The notes under the pieces were generated by a model. It was given only the letters and a program-made list of their open reading frames with translations. It searched no databases and was not told the origin of the DNA. DNA of 64,000 nt from Candidatus Pacearchaeota archaeon (GTDB taxonomy: Archaea; Nanobdellota; Nanobdellia; Pacearchaeales; JAPDKA01). Shown here piece by piece: positions 9,114 through 18,674 of the stretch; within the stretch, counting starts at the first letter, position 1; the number at the start of each line of letters is the position of its first letter. A program made the position numbers and the translations under genes. The DNA lies in contig JAWAFA010000001.1 in NCBI GenBank assembly GCA_038890875.1, forward strand, positions 863 to 64,862, in the 5' to 3' direction.

Positions 9114-9638
9114 TTATTCTTTTAATTTTAAACCAAACTGCTCTTTCATAAAATTTATCGTTTCTTCTCTCGTTATTTTTTGTCTACTTCCAACTTTCGA
9201 TTTTTTTAGCTTTCTATAAACAACTCGTTTACCTTTTTTTGTTAGGACAACAGAAACATCAAAACCAAGAATGCCAAGATCTCGCCTATATTCAACATTC
9301 GGGATTTGAATATACTCTTTAATTCCAAAATTTACTATGCCATTCCCAAAAGAAGACAAAGGAAGAGTATACTTAACTCCGGCAAGAAGACGTTTTAAAA
9401 GTTCAATAGCATTGCTTTTTCTGAGAGTAACCATACAGCCGATAGTTAAACCTATCCTAATATTAAATTGCTCTATTCTTCGCTTAGCTTTTGTAGTTGC
9501 TGGAGTCCGGCCAGTTATATACTTAAGAAGTTCTTTATATTTTTCCAATTTTTCCTGATTACTTGTCGTTGCATGTAAAATAACTTTTTCTATCGCAATC
9601 TCCGCTTCTTTTCTGTCTTCTTTTTCTTTATTTCTCAT
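9114..9638 (-). CDS. rpl5: ribosomal protein L5
   Basis: FGNGIVNFGIKEYIQIPNVEYRRDLGILGFDVSV… L5 signature, operon position. Confidence 0.85.
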   Translation of the reverse strand: MRNKEKEDRKEAEIAIEKVILHATTSNQEKLEKYKELLKYITGRTPATTKAKRRIEQFNIRIGLTIGCMVTLRKSNAIELLKRLLAGVKYTLPLSSFGNGIVNFGIKEYIQIPNVEYRRDLGILGFDVSVVLTKKGKRVVYRKLKKSKVGSRQKITREETINFMKEQFGLKLKE

Positions 9639-10335
9639 TTCCTCCTTTTTCTATTAGATTAGCAATTTTTTCATCAATAACAAAGAGGTTTTCTATTAAG
9701 ACTTCGCCTGTCTGTTTATCAAATTTTATAACACCAAACTTCTTAAGTCCATGCCTAACCTCCCCCATAGATTTTCCAATCTTACCAACGTGATTACCTT
9801 TGATAATATAAACAAGAGAATTGTTTGTAAGTGGAAGATGCTTTACTATTTTTTTATCTTTCAAATTAAAGATTAAAGTGTCATTAACCTTGCTTTTATC
9901 AAAAAGAATTGTTCTCCCATCATGGCAAGTTACTTGTATTCTCCCACCTTTAATAACATTTTTTCTTATTATCTTTAATGGCTTAAACTGCGCTTCTTCT
10001 TTACTTATCTCAATTAATTTCAATTTATTCTTTTCTGAAATTATTAATGTGTAGTATTTATTAATTTGGGGAAAAGAAAGAACATCAAAAAGACCGACTC
10101 CCTCTTTATAATCCTTAACTCTTCTATTGTCTATAAAAATTTCTTTATTTGCTAAAAGTTTTTTTACTTCTGCATTAGTTTTTGTTATCTTAAGAACTTC
10201 ATTTAAAATCACACTTATTGGCATACAAAAATCAAGCTTATGCCCGCATGGTAATGGCTTTGTAACCCATGCTTTTTCTTTCCTTTGTATTGGCCATGTT
10301 TTAGGCGCCGCCAATCTTTTTAAATACCCTCCCAT
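9628..10335 (-). CDS. rps4e: ribosomal protein S4e
   Basis: MGGYLKRLAAPKTWPIQRKEKAWVTKPLPCGHKLDFCMPI… is a typical S4e N-terminus. Confidence 0.85.
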   Translation of the reverse strand: MGGYLKRLAAPKTWPIQRKEKAWVTKPLPCGHKLDFCMPISVILNEVLKITKTNAEVKKLLANKEIFIDNRRVKDYKEGVGLFDVLSFPQINKYYTLIISEKNKLKLIEISKEEAQFKPLKIIRKNVIKGGRIQVTCHDGRTILFDKSKVNDTLIFNLKDKKIVKHLPLTNNSLVYIIKGNHVGKIGKSMGEVRHGLKKFGVIKFDKQTGEVLIENLFVIDEKIANLIEKGGNEK

Positions 10336-10346
10336 TTTTACTTTTT

Positions 10347-10739
10347 TTATTTTTCTTTTTTAATTTTTCTTTCTAAAGCTTTTATTCTCTCCTTATCATC
10401 AAGATTAAGCTCAATTATTTGTAAATTACTTGAAGAGATTGGTAAAGGTGCTTTAATTCCACTTTGCTTTATAACATTGACTCCTTCAAGATAAACTTTT
10501 AATTTTTTTAAATCAACCTTCTCGACTTTTGCTTGTGTATTTTTAAATTTTCCCTTCATTATCTTTACTAGATCTCCTTTACGCAACGGAAAACTCCTTC
10601 TTTTATATTTTTTTCTAAGTTCTTTGCTTAGATTAGCAGAAACAAGTTTATGTCTAAGATGTAATGGTGCTTTATGTTGATATTTTCTTTGTTTTCTTGG
10701 TTTCTTGCTTCTTCTCCAATATTTACTAAACTTTTTCAT
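10347..10739 (-). CDS. rpl24: ribosomal protein L24 (KOW)
   Basis: RKGDLVKIMKGKFKNTQAKVEKVDLKKLKVYLEGVNV KOW motif, operon position. Confidence 0.8.
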   Translation of the reverse strand: MKKFSKYWRRSKKPRKQRKYQHKAPLHLRHKLVSANLSKELRKKYKRRSFPLRKGDLVKIMKGKFKNTQAKVEKVDLKKLKVYLEGVNVIKQSGIKAPLPISSSNLQIIELNLDDKERIKALERKIKKEK

Positions 10740-10740
10740 T

Positions 10741-11148
10741 TTATAAGATTATACTTGCAATTTTAGCTACAAAAGGCCATCTTTCTGCTACTTCTCTCGC
10801 TATTGGCCCTTTTATTATTGTTCCTGCCGGGTTTCCTTTATCATCTTTTAATAATACACAAGCATTATCTTCAAAAGCGACTAATTCGCCAGTTAGCCTT
10901 CGATAGGGTCTTCTTTGCCTGACAATAACTGCATAATGAAGTTGCTTTTTTAATTCGAGCGGGCCTTGTCTGACACTAATCTTAATCAAATCCGCGACTC
11001 CACAACTTATTTGCCGACCTCTCCTCGTCTTTCCTCTCGTTCCATGCACAGCTACAATTCTAACAAGTTTAGCTCCAGAGTTATCCGCTACATTTAAAAA
11101 TGAGCCAATATGTAATCCTTTCGTTACCCTTGCCTTTACCGCCTTCAT
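10741..11148 (-). CDS. rpl14: ribosomal protein L14
   Basis: MKAVKARVTKGLHIGSFLNVADNSGAKLVRIV…. Confidence 0.9.
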   Translation of the reverse strand: MKAVKARVTKGLHIGSFLNVADNSGAKLVRIVAVHGTRGKTRRGRQISCGVADLIKISVRQGPLELKKQLHYAVIVRQRRPYRRLTGELVAFEDNACVLLKDDKGNPAGTIIKGPIAREVAERWPFVAKIASIIL

Positions 11149-11178
11149 TTTTCCATTTTGTATATTTTTACTTTTTTA

Positions 11179-11490
11179 TTATTTTATTTTTCTAATCACA
11201 ACATGAGCGATCGTCTTGCTTAATGGCCTCGTTTCTGCAATTTCAATGATATCCCCGATGTTTATAATAGAATTTAAACATTCCGGTAAATGAGCATGAA
11301 TTCGACTCATCCTCTTTAAATATCTTTCATATTTGGGGAGATAGATATATCTCTCAAACTCTATAGTAACTTTTTTTTGCACAATATTTTTTCTCGTTAC
11401 TCTACCTCTAAATCTTTTTCCCTTTACACTTAGAGAGCCGTGAAAAGGGCATTTTTTATCATTACACTTTATTTCCTTTTCGTTTGCCAT
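11179..11490 (-). CDS. rps17: ribosomal protein S17
   Basis: KCPFHGSLSVKGKRFRGRVTRKNIVQKKVTIEFERYIYLPKYERY…. Confidence 0.85.
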   Translation of the reverse strand: MANEKEIKCNDKKCPFHGSLSVKGKRFRGRVTRKNIVQKKVTIEFERYIYLPKYERYLKRMSRIHAHLPECLNSIINIGDIIEIAETRPLSKTIAHVVIRKIK

Positions 11491-11546
11491 GTTTTTTTTT
11501 ATTTACCGTGTTTTTAAATTTTTGCGATTTAGAGAAAAAGTATTTT

Positions 11547-11828
11547 TTATTTCTTTATTCTCTTCTCGATCCTACCGACAAGATTTGCACCATTAACGAG
11601 AATTTTATATTTATCAACATAAATTAAAAACCAGGCGTTTTTCTTTATTATAGTCTTTTCTTCCTTCTTTGTTTTTATTACGAGAACATTCACTCTATCT
11701 TCGACACATCTTCCTTTAATACCAATCTCTGCTTTATTTTTTGAATCAAAAACCTCGATAGTTTTCCCAACTAAAACCTGGTTCGCAAGATTAGTAATAT
11801 TAAATAAATCTATAACTTCTTTTTTCAT
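11547..11828 (-). CDS. rnp1: RNase P protein component 1 (Rpp29/Pop4)
   Basis: 93-aa beta-rich protein. Sits between SUI1 and S17, as in archaeal r-protein operons. GKTIEVFDSKNKAEIGIKGRCVEDRVNVLVIKT pattern. Confidence 0.65.
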   Translation of the reverse strand: MKKEVIDLFNITNLANQVLVGKTIEVFDSKNKAEIGIKGRCVEDRVNVLVIKTKKEEKTIIKKNAWFLIYVDKYKILVNGANLVGRIEKRIKK

Positions 11829-11843
11829 TTTACTTTTTTGTTT

Positions 11844-12158
11844 CTATTTCTGCATTATCTCAATTAATTCTTCAGTAAATCCCTGATTTATTAACTCTTC
11901 CTTCACTTTTTTTAAATGATCTCCTTGCAGTTCAATAAAGTTATCTCTTACTGTGCCACCACAAGCAAGTTTTTGTTTTAGTATTCTTGCAAGTTGTTTT
12001 AGATCAATACCACTTATTCCTTCGATTATTGTCACTTTTTTACCAAACTTTCTTTTCTCAAGTATTATTCTTACTTTTTGTTTCTCTTTAACAAGACTTT
12101 CGCAAACACAGGCAGACTTCGGTAACCCACATTTAGGACAAATTGTTCCGAATTCCAT
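11844..12158 (-). CDS. sui1: translation initiation factor SUI1 (aIF1) with N-terminal Zn ribbon
   Basis: CPKCGLPKSACVC then the SUI1 fold (KVRIILEKRKFGKKVTIIEGI…IELQGDHLKKVKEELI). Confidence 0.8.
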   Translation of the reverse strand: MEFGTICPKCGLPKSACVCESLVKEKQKVRIILEKRKFGKKVTIIEGISGIDLKQLARILKQKLACGGTVRDNFIELQGDHLKKVKEELINQGFTEELIEIMQK

Positions 12159-12364
12159 TATTCTTTAAGATTATACTTTAATCTAAGAATAGTTTTAATT
12201 TTAGCTATATTTCTTCGAATTTCTTTGATTTTTGTTTTAGCCCCTTGCCCAGGCCTAATCCCTCTTTCCTTGATCAAGTTTAACTCGAGATCATTTAGCT
12301 TCTTTAGAAGTTCTTCCTTACTTAATGTTTTAAGCTCTGATTTTCTTATTATTGCCATAAACAT
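12158..12364 (-). CDS. rpl29: ribosomal protein L29
   Basis: MAIIRKSELKTLSKEELLKKLNDLELNLIKE…. Confidence 0.75.
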   Translation of the reverse strand: MFMAIIRKSELKTLSKEELLKKLNDLELNLIKERGIRPGQGAKTKIKEIRRNIAKIKTILRLKYNLKE

Positions 12365-12400
12365 TTCGTTAATCTACACAAATATTTAATTTTTTACTTT

Positions 12401-13033
12401 TTAAATATTTTCGTTTTTATTTTCTTTATTTTTTGTACTTTTAACTTCACTTTTGCTTATTTCTATTTTATCAGGTATTTTGATTTCTGGTCGTAAAATA
12501 GCAACTTTTATTCCAACAATTCCTGGCTTGGTAAATGCTTGAGTTTTGGCATAATCAATAAGCTCTTTTTTGTACTCTCCACTCTTACTTAAATAACCGA
12601 AAGAAAATCTCCACTGCTTAGCTCTGGCGCTTGGTAATTTCCCTCCAAGCCTTATTTCAGCTCCAAGAGCCCCTGCTGATTTAATTTTTTCTAGTGCTTT
12701 ATAAGCAATAACTTTAAAACTTACAGGTCCAAAATGTTCGATAGCTTTTTTTATATATTCTGCAACACTAGCTGCATCAAGGAATAAGTTAGAAATGCGC
12801 ATGATTTCAATTTGTGGATTTTCAAAACCAAACTGTTCTTTTAACACCTCTGACAGCTTTTCAATGCTTTCATACCTTCCAATTAAGCTCGGCTTTGCCG
12901 TCGCTATGATTACTTTTTCTCCTATAGGTGTTCTTTCAAGTTTTATTGAGCTAACATAATCATAATTATTTTTGATATATTCTCTAACTCTAAACTCTTG
13001 CTTTTTCAAATCAATAAATTTTTTTTCTATCAT
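12401..13033 (-). CDS. rps3: ribosomal protein S3
   Basis: KH domain and S3 C-terminal motifs (…GALGAEIRLGGKLPSARAKQWRFSFGYL…). Confidence 0.85.
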   Translation of the reverse strand: MIEKKFIDLKKQEFRVREYIKNNYDYVSSIKLERTPIGEKVIIATAKPSLIGRYESIEKLSEVLKEQFGFENPQIEIMRISNLFLDAASVAEYIKKAIEHFGPVSFKVIAYKALEKIKSAGALGAEIRLGGKLPSARAKQWRFSFGYLSKSGEYKKELIDYAKTQAFTKPGIVGIKVAILRPEIKIPDKIEISKSEVKSTKNKENKNENI

Positions 13034-13035
13034 TT

Positions 13036-13539
13036 TTATTTCTCTCTTATTTCAAGATAGACATGTGTTCTTTTAAATCTTCTGCCATAAAATCTTCCTG
13101 GTCTAAATTGTGTGCTTCCTTTATTGGCTTTTGCCAAACTAATAAACATTTTCTCATCGTCAAAATTCGCCTGTCGAGCATTAGCAATGGCTTGCCTTAA
13201 AAGTTTTATAAAATATCTTGCCGCTTTTTCAGGATATCTTCCACTCATAAGTTTGCTAATTCGATGACCTCTTTTTCTATGCCCCACTTCACCAAGTAAA
13301 GGAATAGCAACTTTCTTTGCTATAACTTTCTCCATAAGCTGGATAGCAGAAAAGGGACTTTTTCCTTTAATAACTTTACAAATTGCAACTGCTGCTTTTT
13401 TTGAGATTGGTAAATCAAATGCTTTTGCTATGACAACTTCTTTCTTCTCTATTTTCTCTTCTTTCTCTGCTGCCTCTTTCCCTTTATTCTTCTTTTCTTC
13501 TTTTTCTCTTCTTCCTTCTTTAGCAATTTTTTCTGTCAT
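13036..13539 (-). CDS. rpl22: ribosomal protein L22
   Basis: KAFDLPISKKAAVAICKVIKGKSPFSAIQLMEKVIAKKVAIP… with K/E-rich N-terminus. Confidence 0.8.
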   Translation of the reverse strand: MTEKIAKEGRREKEEKKNKGKEAAEKEEKIEKKEVVIAKAFDLPISKKAAVAICKVIKGKSPFSAIQLMEKVIAKKVAIPLLGEVGHRKRGHRISKLMSGRYPEKAARYFIKLLRQAIANARQANFDDEKMFISLAKANKGSTQFRPGRFYGRRFKRTHVYLEIREK

Positions 13540-13551
13540 TTTCTGTCATTT

Positions 13552-13977
13552 TTACTTAACAGATAAGAATGCTGAACTCTTTGTTGCCCCAACTCCAGGA
13601 GCACTGTGTTTTACAGGTTTTCTTGTTAGCACAAACTCGCCAAGCCTGTGTCCGAGCATTTCTTCAGTTATTTTTACTGGCTCAAAACTTTTACCATTAT
13701 GTACATAAATTGTTAAGCCAACGAGTGCCGGAATAATCACAGCATCACGCCAATGTGTTCTAATTGGTTTTCCTTTTTCAGCCTTTTCTTTTATTTGTTT
13801 TAAAAAAAGCACATAACGATCTAATTGCCTTAATAAGCTTCTTCTCTCTCTGCTTTTTACAAATAAGGCAAAATCTTTTAAAGACATTTGTCTAAGTTCG
13901 TCGATAGTTTTATTTCTAAATCTAAACTCTATTGCTTCAACTTTTTCTATTTTTTCTACTTTTCTTTCTTTTACCAT
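13552..13977 (-). CDS. rps19: ribosomal protein S19
   Basis: …RTHWRDAVIIPALVGLTIYVHNGKSFEPVKITEEMLGHRLGEFVLTRK…. Confidence 0.85.
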   Translation of the reverse strand: MVKERKVEKIEKVEAIEFRFRNKTIDELRQMSLKDFALFVKSRERRSLLRQLDRYVLFLKQIKEKAEKGKPIRTHWRDAVIIPALVGLTIYVHNGKSFEPVKITEEMLGHRLGEFVLTRKPVKHSAPGVGATKSSAFLSVK

Positions 13978-14771
13978 TTTATTTTTTCATTTTTATCTAA
14001 TTAATCTAATTTAATTTAATCTAATTTCAATTTTTAAATTTTGCTTTTGTTGGGTTCTGACTGATTATGTAATTTATTTAGGTAATCAATCTTCTGTAAA
14101 TTTGTTCATTTTCAAATCTTTATGCCTAATGACTGATAACTGCTAACTGCTAAATGTATCAGATATCAGATAGATCCTAATAAGTGTGTAGCAAAGCTGC
14201 AAAGCAGTGCCTTTAGTGTATGTGGTTGGTTAGCGAGGTGCTATTGACAAGTCCTTGCTAGATTTATTAATTTGAGATGGATATATAAAATTTCGTTTTT
14301 TATCAGAGGGCGCGCTAGTCGCATTTTAGTAAAAATTGTAAAGTCTTCTAAATAACTAATACATGGCCCAATTAATGATGATACGAGAAAAAGGATGAGG
14401 CTTATTTTTTGCAGATGTTCCAGAATGGCAGAGAACTAAACATGTTCATAGATTACATCGAGGGATAGGTAGTTTTAGACCCATTTGTTTCTAGAATCAT
14501 TTTAAAACGAAAAATTTAAATATTCGTTACTTCTTTTTAATCACTGAAATGCCAGAAGAACAGGGAAGCATAAGCAAATTTGGTATAGAGGAATTCATTG
14601 TTCATGGCGTAATAACAATCTACAACATAAGAAAAGGTAGCAAGCGCGTCCTGGGCCTTGAAATATGAAGATGCACGGGGTGAAGCACAGCCAGAATATA
14701 AGTATGATGGAAATCAAGGAAAATGGCATTGTAGTTTATCCTTAGGAGAATTTGTTTTGAGCACTAAGACC

Positions 14772-15345
14772 ATGAAAACCATGCCAATCGCCTTAACCAT
14801 TGCAGGCTCTGATAGCGGGGGAGGAGCAGGAATTCAGGCTGATTTAAAGACCTTTGCAGTGCACAATGTTCATGGAGTTAGTGTTATTGTAGCTCTAACT
14901 GCGCAGAACACAGGAGAAGTTATAGATAATCTTTGAGCTTCCAGCAAATTTCATTGAAAGCCAGTTCAGAGCATTAGAAAAAGATTTTGAGATAAATGCT
15001 GCGAAAACAGGAATGCTCTACTCAAAAAAAATAATAAGCATTGTTGCAAAAAACCTTGGAGATTATCCCTTAATAATTGACCCTGTGATAATCGCTGAAA
15101 GTGGAGCGCAACTATTGAAAGAAGATGCGATTGAAGCTTTAAAAGAAAAAGCAATTTTGACAACACCTAACTTATTTGAAGCAGAGAAGCTGAGTGGAAT
15201 CAAAATTAAAACCAAAGAAGATGCGAAAAAAGCATGCAGGGAAATAGCAAAACATGGCTGCAGTAATAACAGAAGATTACGCCGCAAAAGAACAAGTAAA
15301 AGAAGGAAGAATAATCTTTACTCCACTTTGGAGATGGTTACTTGA
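14772..15345 (+). pseudogene. thiD: hydroxymethylpyrimidine/phosphomethylpyrimidine kinase (thiD) remnant: frameshifted, C-terminally truncated
   Basis: [47 protein letters not shown] matches the ThiD N-terminus. The frame breaks at ~14930 and continues in another frame (…ELPANFIESQFRALEKDFEINAAKTGML…IIDPVIIAESGAQLL…TPNLFEAEKL). A second shift follows near 15250. Total ~190 aa against ~260 expected. GC clearly higher than the surroundings. Confidence 0.6.
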
Positions 15346-15589
15346 AGTTTAAAATTTTGCCACGCCCTGCGGGCTTTCACTCCGTTCAGGACGCCTAACA
15401 GTGATTAAGAGGGAAAATCCTGCGAATCACTCAAAAATCTTTGATTTTTGGTGCGCGGAAAAGCTTTATTTTTCTTGCGTTTCCCCAAATTTTTGCTTCG
15501 CAAAAACTTCTCTTGATCACGATATTAAGTCCAATCACAAGCTAGGCAAACTAAAAATATTTATAAACTATTTCTTTCTAATCAACAAT

Positions 15590-16249
15590 ATGTTAAGAGT
15601 TTGTCTAATTGGACCTGGAGACGTCAAATTTCATTATTTTGATTTACTAAAAATTCCGGAAAGAGAATTTTATAAACAAGTTGAAGGTATAGCAAGGGCA
15701 CTTCAAGGAGCAGAGGTAGAAATAGTTCTTCTTCCAGACAGAGGGGTTTCATTTGAAGTAGCAAAAAAATATAAAGAATTTGGAGGCAAAAAAGTTTATG
15801 GAACAGTTCCATTATCAGATAAAGATTTCGGTATTGCCCACTTAAGGCCATACATAGATGCGAAAGTTAATGGCAAGAAAGTAGTTGATGAGATTATAAA
15901 TACTCAAAATTGGTATAAACAGGATTTAACTCACTGTATTTATGGAGATGTTGTCTTAATGTTGGGCAATAGTTTAGGTTCTTTAGGGGAGTTAGTTTAT
16001 GGATATTATTTATATAAACTTTTTGTTGGAGATAAACCAGAAGTGAATACAAAGAAAAAAAGAATTCATCCAGAAGTAAGAGCCGGAGAAACAGTCCCTT
16101 TTTCAGTTATTATCTATAAACCTTTTTTAAAGGGAAAGTTAAATTATGAAATTGAAGAGTATATCTCTAAACTCAAAGGAAAAATTTATTATGTTAAGTC
16201 CCCTGCAGAGATTAAGAAAACACTAGAAAAAATTTCTTCATGCGCTTAG
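15590..16249 (+). CDS. LOG/SLOG-family (TIGR00725-like) Rossmann-fold protein
   Basis: MLRVCLIGPGD… Gly-rich Rossmann start, …GGKKVYGTVPL…, …VVLMLGNSLGSLGELVYGY… resembles the LOG PGGxGTxxE region. In-frame upstream extension is probably not translated. Confidence 0.4.
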   Translation: MLRVCLIGPGDVKFHYFDLLKIPEREFYKQVEGIARALQGAEVEIVLLPDRGVSFEVAKKYKEFGGKKVYGTVPLSDKDFGIAHLRPYIDAKVNGKKVVDEIINTQNWYKQDLTHCIYGDVVLMLGNSLGSLGELVYGYYLYKLFVGDKPEVNTKKKRIHPEVRAGETVPFSVIIYKPFLKGKLNYEIEEYISKLKGKIYYVKSPAEIKKTLEKISSCA

Positions 16250-16427
16250 GACTCCTTCAAATAATAGGGCTTCGCCCTAACAGCAGTTCTACTTAATTTT
16301 TCCTTCGGGAAAAAGGTGTATAAGTGAATATATTCATTCTAAAAACGTGTCAGTTAGAGCAACTAATCAAAGTTTATAATACAAAAAGCAACAAATTCCA
16401 AGCTGTTGATAGAAAGAGAGAAATCCT

Positions 16428-17123
16428 TTATTTTTTCTTTCTTCCAGTCCTTCTTGGCCTTATTAAACCAACCTTGGCTCCAGGAGGGGCATTCCAATGC
16501 GCGATTTTACTTTTTATATGTTTTCCTCTACCACCACCGAAAGGGTGATCGTAAGCATTCATTTTAACAGCACTTGTTCTTGGATAAAGCTTTCCAAGTG
16601 CTTTCATTTTATACCACTTGTTTCCTGCTCTCCCAAAAGGTTTTTCTATTCTACCACCACCAGCAGGAACGCCAATAGTTGCTCGTGAATTAGGATGAAG
16701 ATCTTTTTCTTTTTTACTCGGTAACAAAACAGTGACTTTATCTTTTTCTTTTTTTACAACTTTTGCACAACTTGCTCTAACAAGTTTGCCTCCATCATTA
16801 GGCAAGATTTCAATATTAAAAATATCGCTACCAATAGGGATTGCACTAAGAGGTAAGATATTTCCAGGTTCTGGTTTGGCATTTTTTCCTATCTCTATCT
16901 CTTGCCCAACATAAGAATAAATAGGGGCTATATTATAGAAAATATTACCATTAACCTTTATCTTAGCTAACGGAGCATGATGGCCAACATTATGGATAAT
17001 ATCAACTATTTCTCCCTTACCTTCAACATTAGGATAACTAAGCTTTATACTAAAAGCTTTCCTTCTAACTCGATAAACTGGCGTTCCTCGCCCCCTCTTC
17101 CTTATTATAATACGCTTGCCCAT
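16428..17123 (-). CDS. rpl2: ribosomal protein L2
   Basis: …HPNSRATIGVPAGGGRIEKPFGRAGNKWYKMKALGKLYPRTSAVKMNAYDHPFGGGRGKH… is canonical L2. Confidence 0.9.
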   Translation of the reverse strand: MGKRIIIRKRGRGTPVYRVRRKAFSIKLSYPNVEGKGEIVDIIHNVGHHAPLAKIKVNGNIFYNIAPIYSYVGQEIEIGKNAKPEPGNILPLSAIPIGSDIFNIEILPNDGGKLVRASCAKVVKKEKDKVTVLLPSKKEKDLHPNSRATIGVPAGGGRIEKPFGRAGNKWYKMKALGKLYPRTSAVKMNAYDHPFGGGRGKHIKSKIAHWNAPPGAKVGLIRPRRTGRKKK

Positions 17124-17234
17124 AACCTTATTTTATTTTTTCTTTTTTAAAGCTTTTGCTAAAATTTAAACCTCTTAGTTTTTTATTAAGTTAAAAAAGA
17201 AAAAAATAAAAATAAAAAGTATATAAAATTACAA

Positions 17235-18614
17235 ATGATAAAAAAACCAACAAGAAGTATTAGTGGTGTACTGCCACTAACTGTTGTTACAAAACCGCTT
17301 GGCTGCAAGCATAACTGTACTTATTGTCCTACCCTCAATGTGCCAAAAAGTTATACTCCAGAAAGTCCAGCTATCTTAAGAGCATCAATGCTTAATTATG
17401 ATCCTTATAAGCAGGTAAAGGCAAGATTAAAAGTGCTGAGAATAATGAAGCATATAACAAATAAAATTGAACTCATAATCATAGGAGGCACCTTTCTTGA
17501 AAATCCTATTGAATATCAATATTATTTTATAAAAAGTTGCTATGATGCACTAAATAATAAGAAAGCAAGAAGTTTGAAGGAGGCAAAAAAAATAAATGAA
17601 AGGGCAAATAACAGAGTCATAGCTCTTTGCCTTGAAACAAGGCCTGATGCTTGTGACAAAGAAAAAATTCTTCATGCTCTTGAGTTTGGTACGACAAGAA
17701 TTGAGCTAGGAGTTCAAGCTATAGATAATAAAATTTTAAAAATTGTCAATAGGGGGCATGATGTAAAAGCCATAATTAACGCTACTTTGTTATTAAAAGA
17801 TAGTGGATTTAAAATAGGGTACCACTTTATGCCAGGACTTCCAGGAAGTAGCGCTAAGAAAGATTTAGCAATGTATAAAAAAATTTTTTCTGATGAAAAA
17901 TTTAAACCAGATCAAATTAAAATTTATCCTACACAGGTTATTAAGGGTTCTAAGCTCGAAGAGCTCTATACTCAGGACAAATACTTACCTTATAGCAAAG
18001 AAGAGCTTATGGAATTGCTAATAAAGATGAAGCTAATTACTCCGAGATATTGCAGGATAATGCGAGTTATGAGAGAAATACCAAAACAGTGGCTTGTTGC
18101 TGGAGTTCTAAGTATAAATTTAAGGCAGGAAATAAGAAAGGAAATGCAAGAGAAAGGGTTAAAATGTGGTTGTATTAGGTGTAGAGAAATTGGATTTGTA
18201 GGTAGTGCTGCTAACAGTTTGAATGATTTAAAAATAAAGATAACAAAATATAATGCTAGTAAAGGAAAAGAATTTTTCATTGAGGCTGTCGATAGTAATG
18301 ATGTACTTTTTGGTCTTGCACGCTTGAGGTTTCCTTATCGACCATTTGTTCCTGAGCTTGAAGATAAGGCTATTGTGCGCGAGCTTCATGTTTATGGAAG
18401 AGCTCTAAGTATCACCCAACGAGCCAAACCTCATACCGAATCCTCGCTACTTGCACAGCATAAAGGAATTGGTAAACTGCTACTTGAAACTGCAGAAAGC
18501 ATTGCTAAACAAAACTATGATTCTATTGCTGTGATAAGTGGTGTCGGTGTTCGCGAGTATTATAGAAAACTTGGTTATATGCTCGTCGGGAGATATATGA
18601 TTAAGAGCATATGA
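17235..18614 (+). CDS. elp3: Elp3-like radical-SAM/GNAT protein (tRNA wobble-uridine modification)
   Basis: Radical SAM CKHNCTYCP motif near the N-terminus, ~460 aa, C-terminal GNAT-like region. Fits the archaeal Elp3 family. Confidence 0.85.
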   Translation: MIKKPTRSISGVLPLTVVTKPLGCKHNCTYCPTLNVPKSYTPESPAILRASMLNYDPYKQVKARLKVLRIMKHITNKIELIIIGGTFLENPIEYQYYFIKSCYDALNNKKARSLKEAKKINERANNRVIALCLETRPDACDKEKILHALEFGTTRIELGVQAIDNKILKIVNRGHDVKAIINATLLLKDSGFKIGYHFMPGLPGSSAKKDLAMYKKIFSDEKFKPDQIKIYPTQVIKGSKLEELYTQDKYLPYSKEELMELLIKMKLITPRYCRIMRVMREIPKQWLVAGVLSINLRQEIRKEMQEKGLKCGCIRCREIGFVGSAANSLNDLKIKITKYNASKGKEFFIEAVDSNDVLFGLARLRFPYRPFVPELEDKAIVRELHVYGRALSITQRAKPHTESSLLAQHKGIGKLLLETAESIAKQNYDSIAVISGVGVREYYRKLGYMLVGRYMIKSI

Positions 18615-18674
18615 GACATCTAAGGTTTAAAGCTATGAAAACCTTTTTAAATTCTATGTATTTAAAAATCTTAC

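Noticed and set aside
14230-14285. Bacterial-type sigma70 promoter (ttgaca-N17-ttaatt)
   Set aside because: It is a single weak match in an AT-rich background and archaea do not use sigma70. Noted only as a hint of bacterial origin for the inserted block.
14300-14700. Possible TPP riboswitch upstream of the thiD remnant
   Set aside because: A ggggtga…gccaga…aatggcattgtag…ccttagga string loosely recalls the thi-box (GGGGUGC…CUGAGA…AAUGCCAGCGUAGGGA). The core CUGAGA and the pairing partners are missing. thiD is not a usual riboswitch target. Too degenerate to call.
16324-16914. ORFs 16324..16548, 16497..16688, 16732..16914 (+)
   Set aside because: All lie antisense within the L2 gene.
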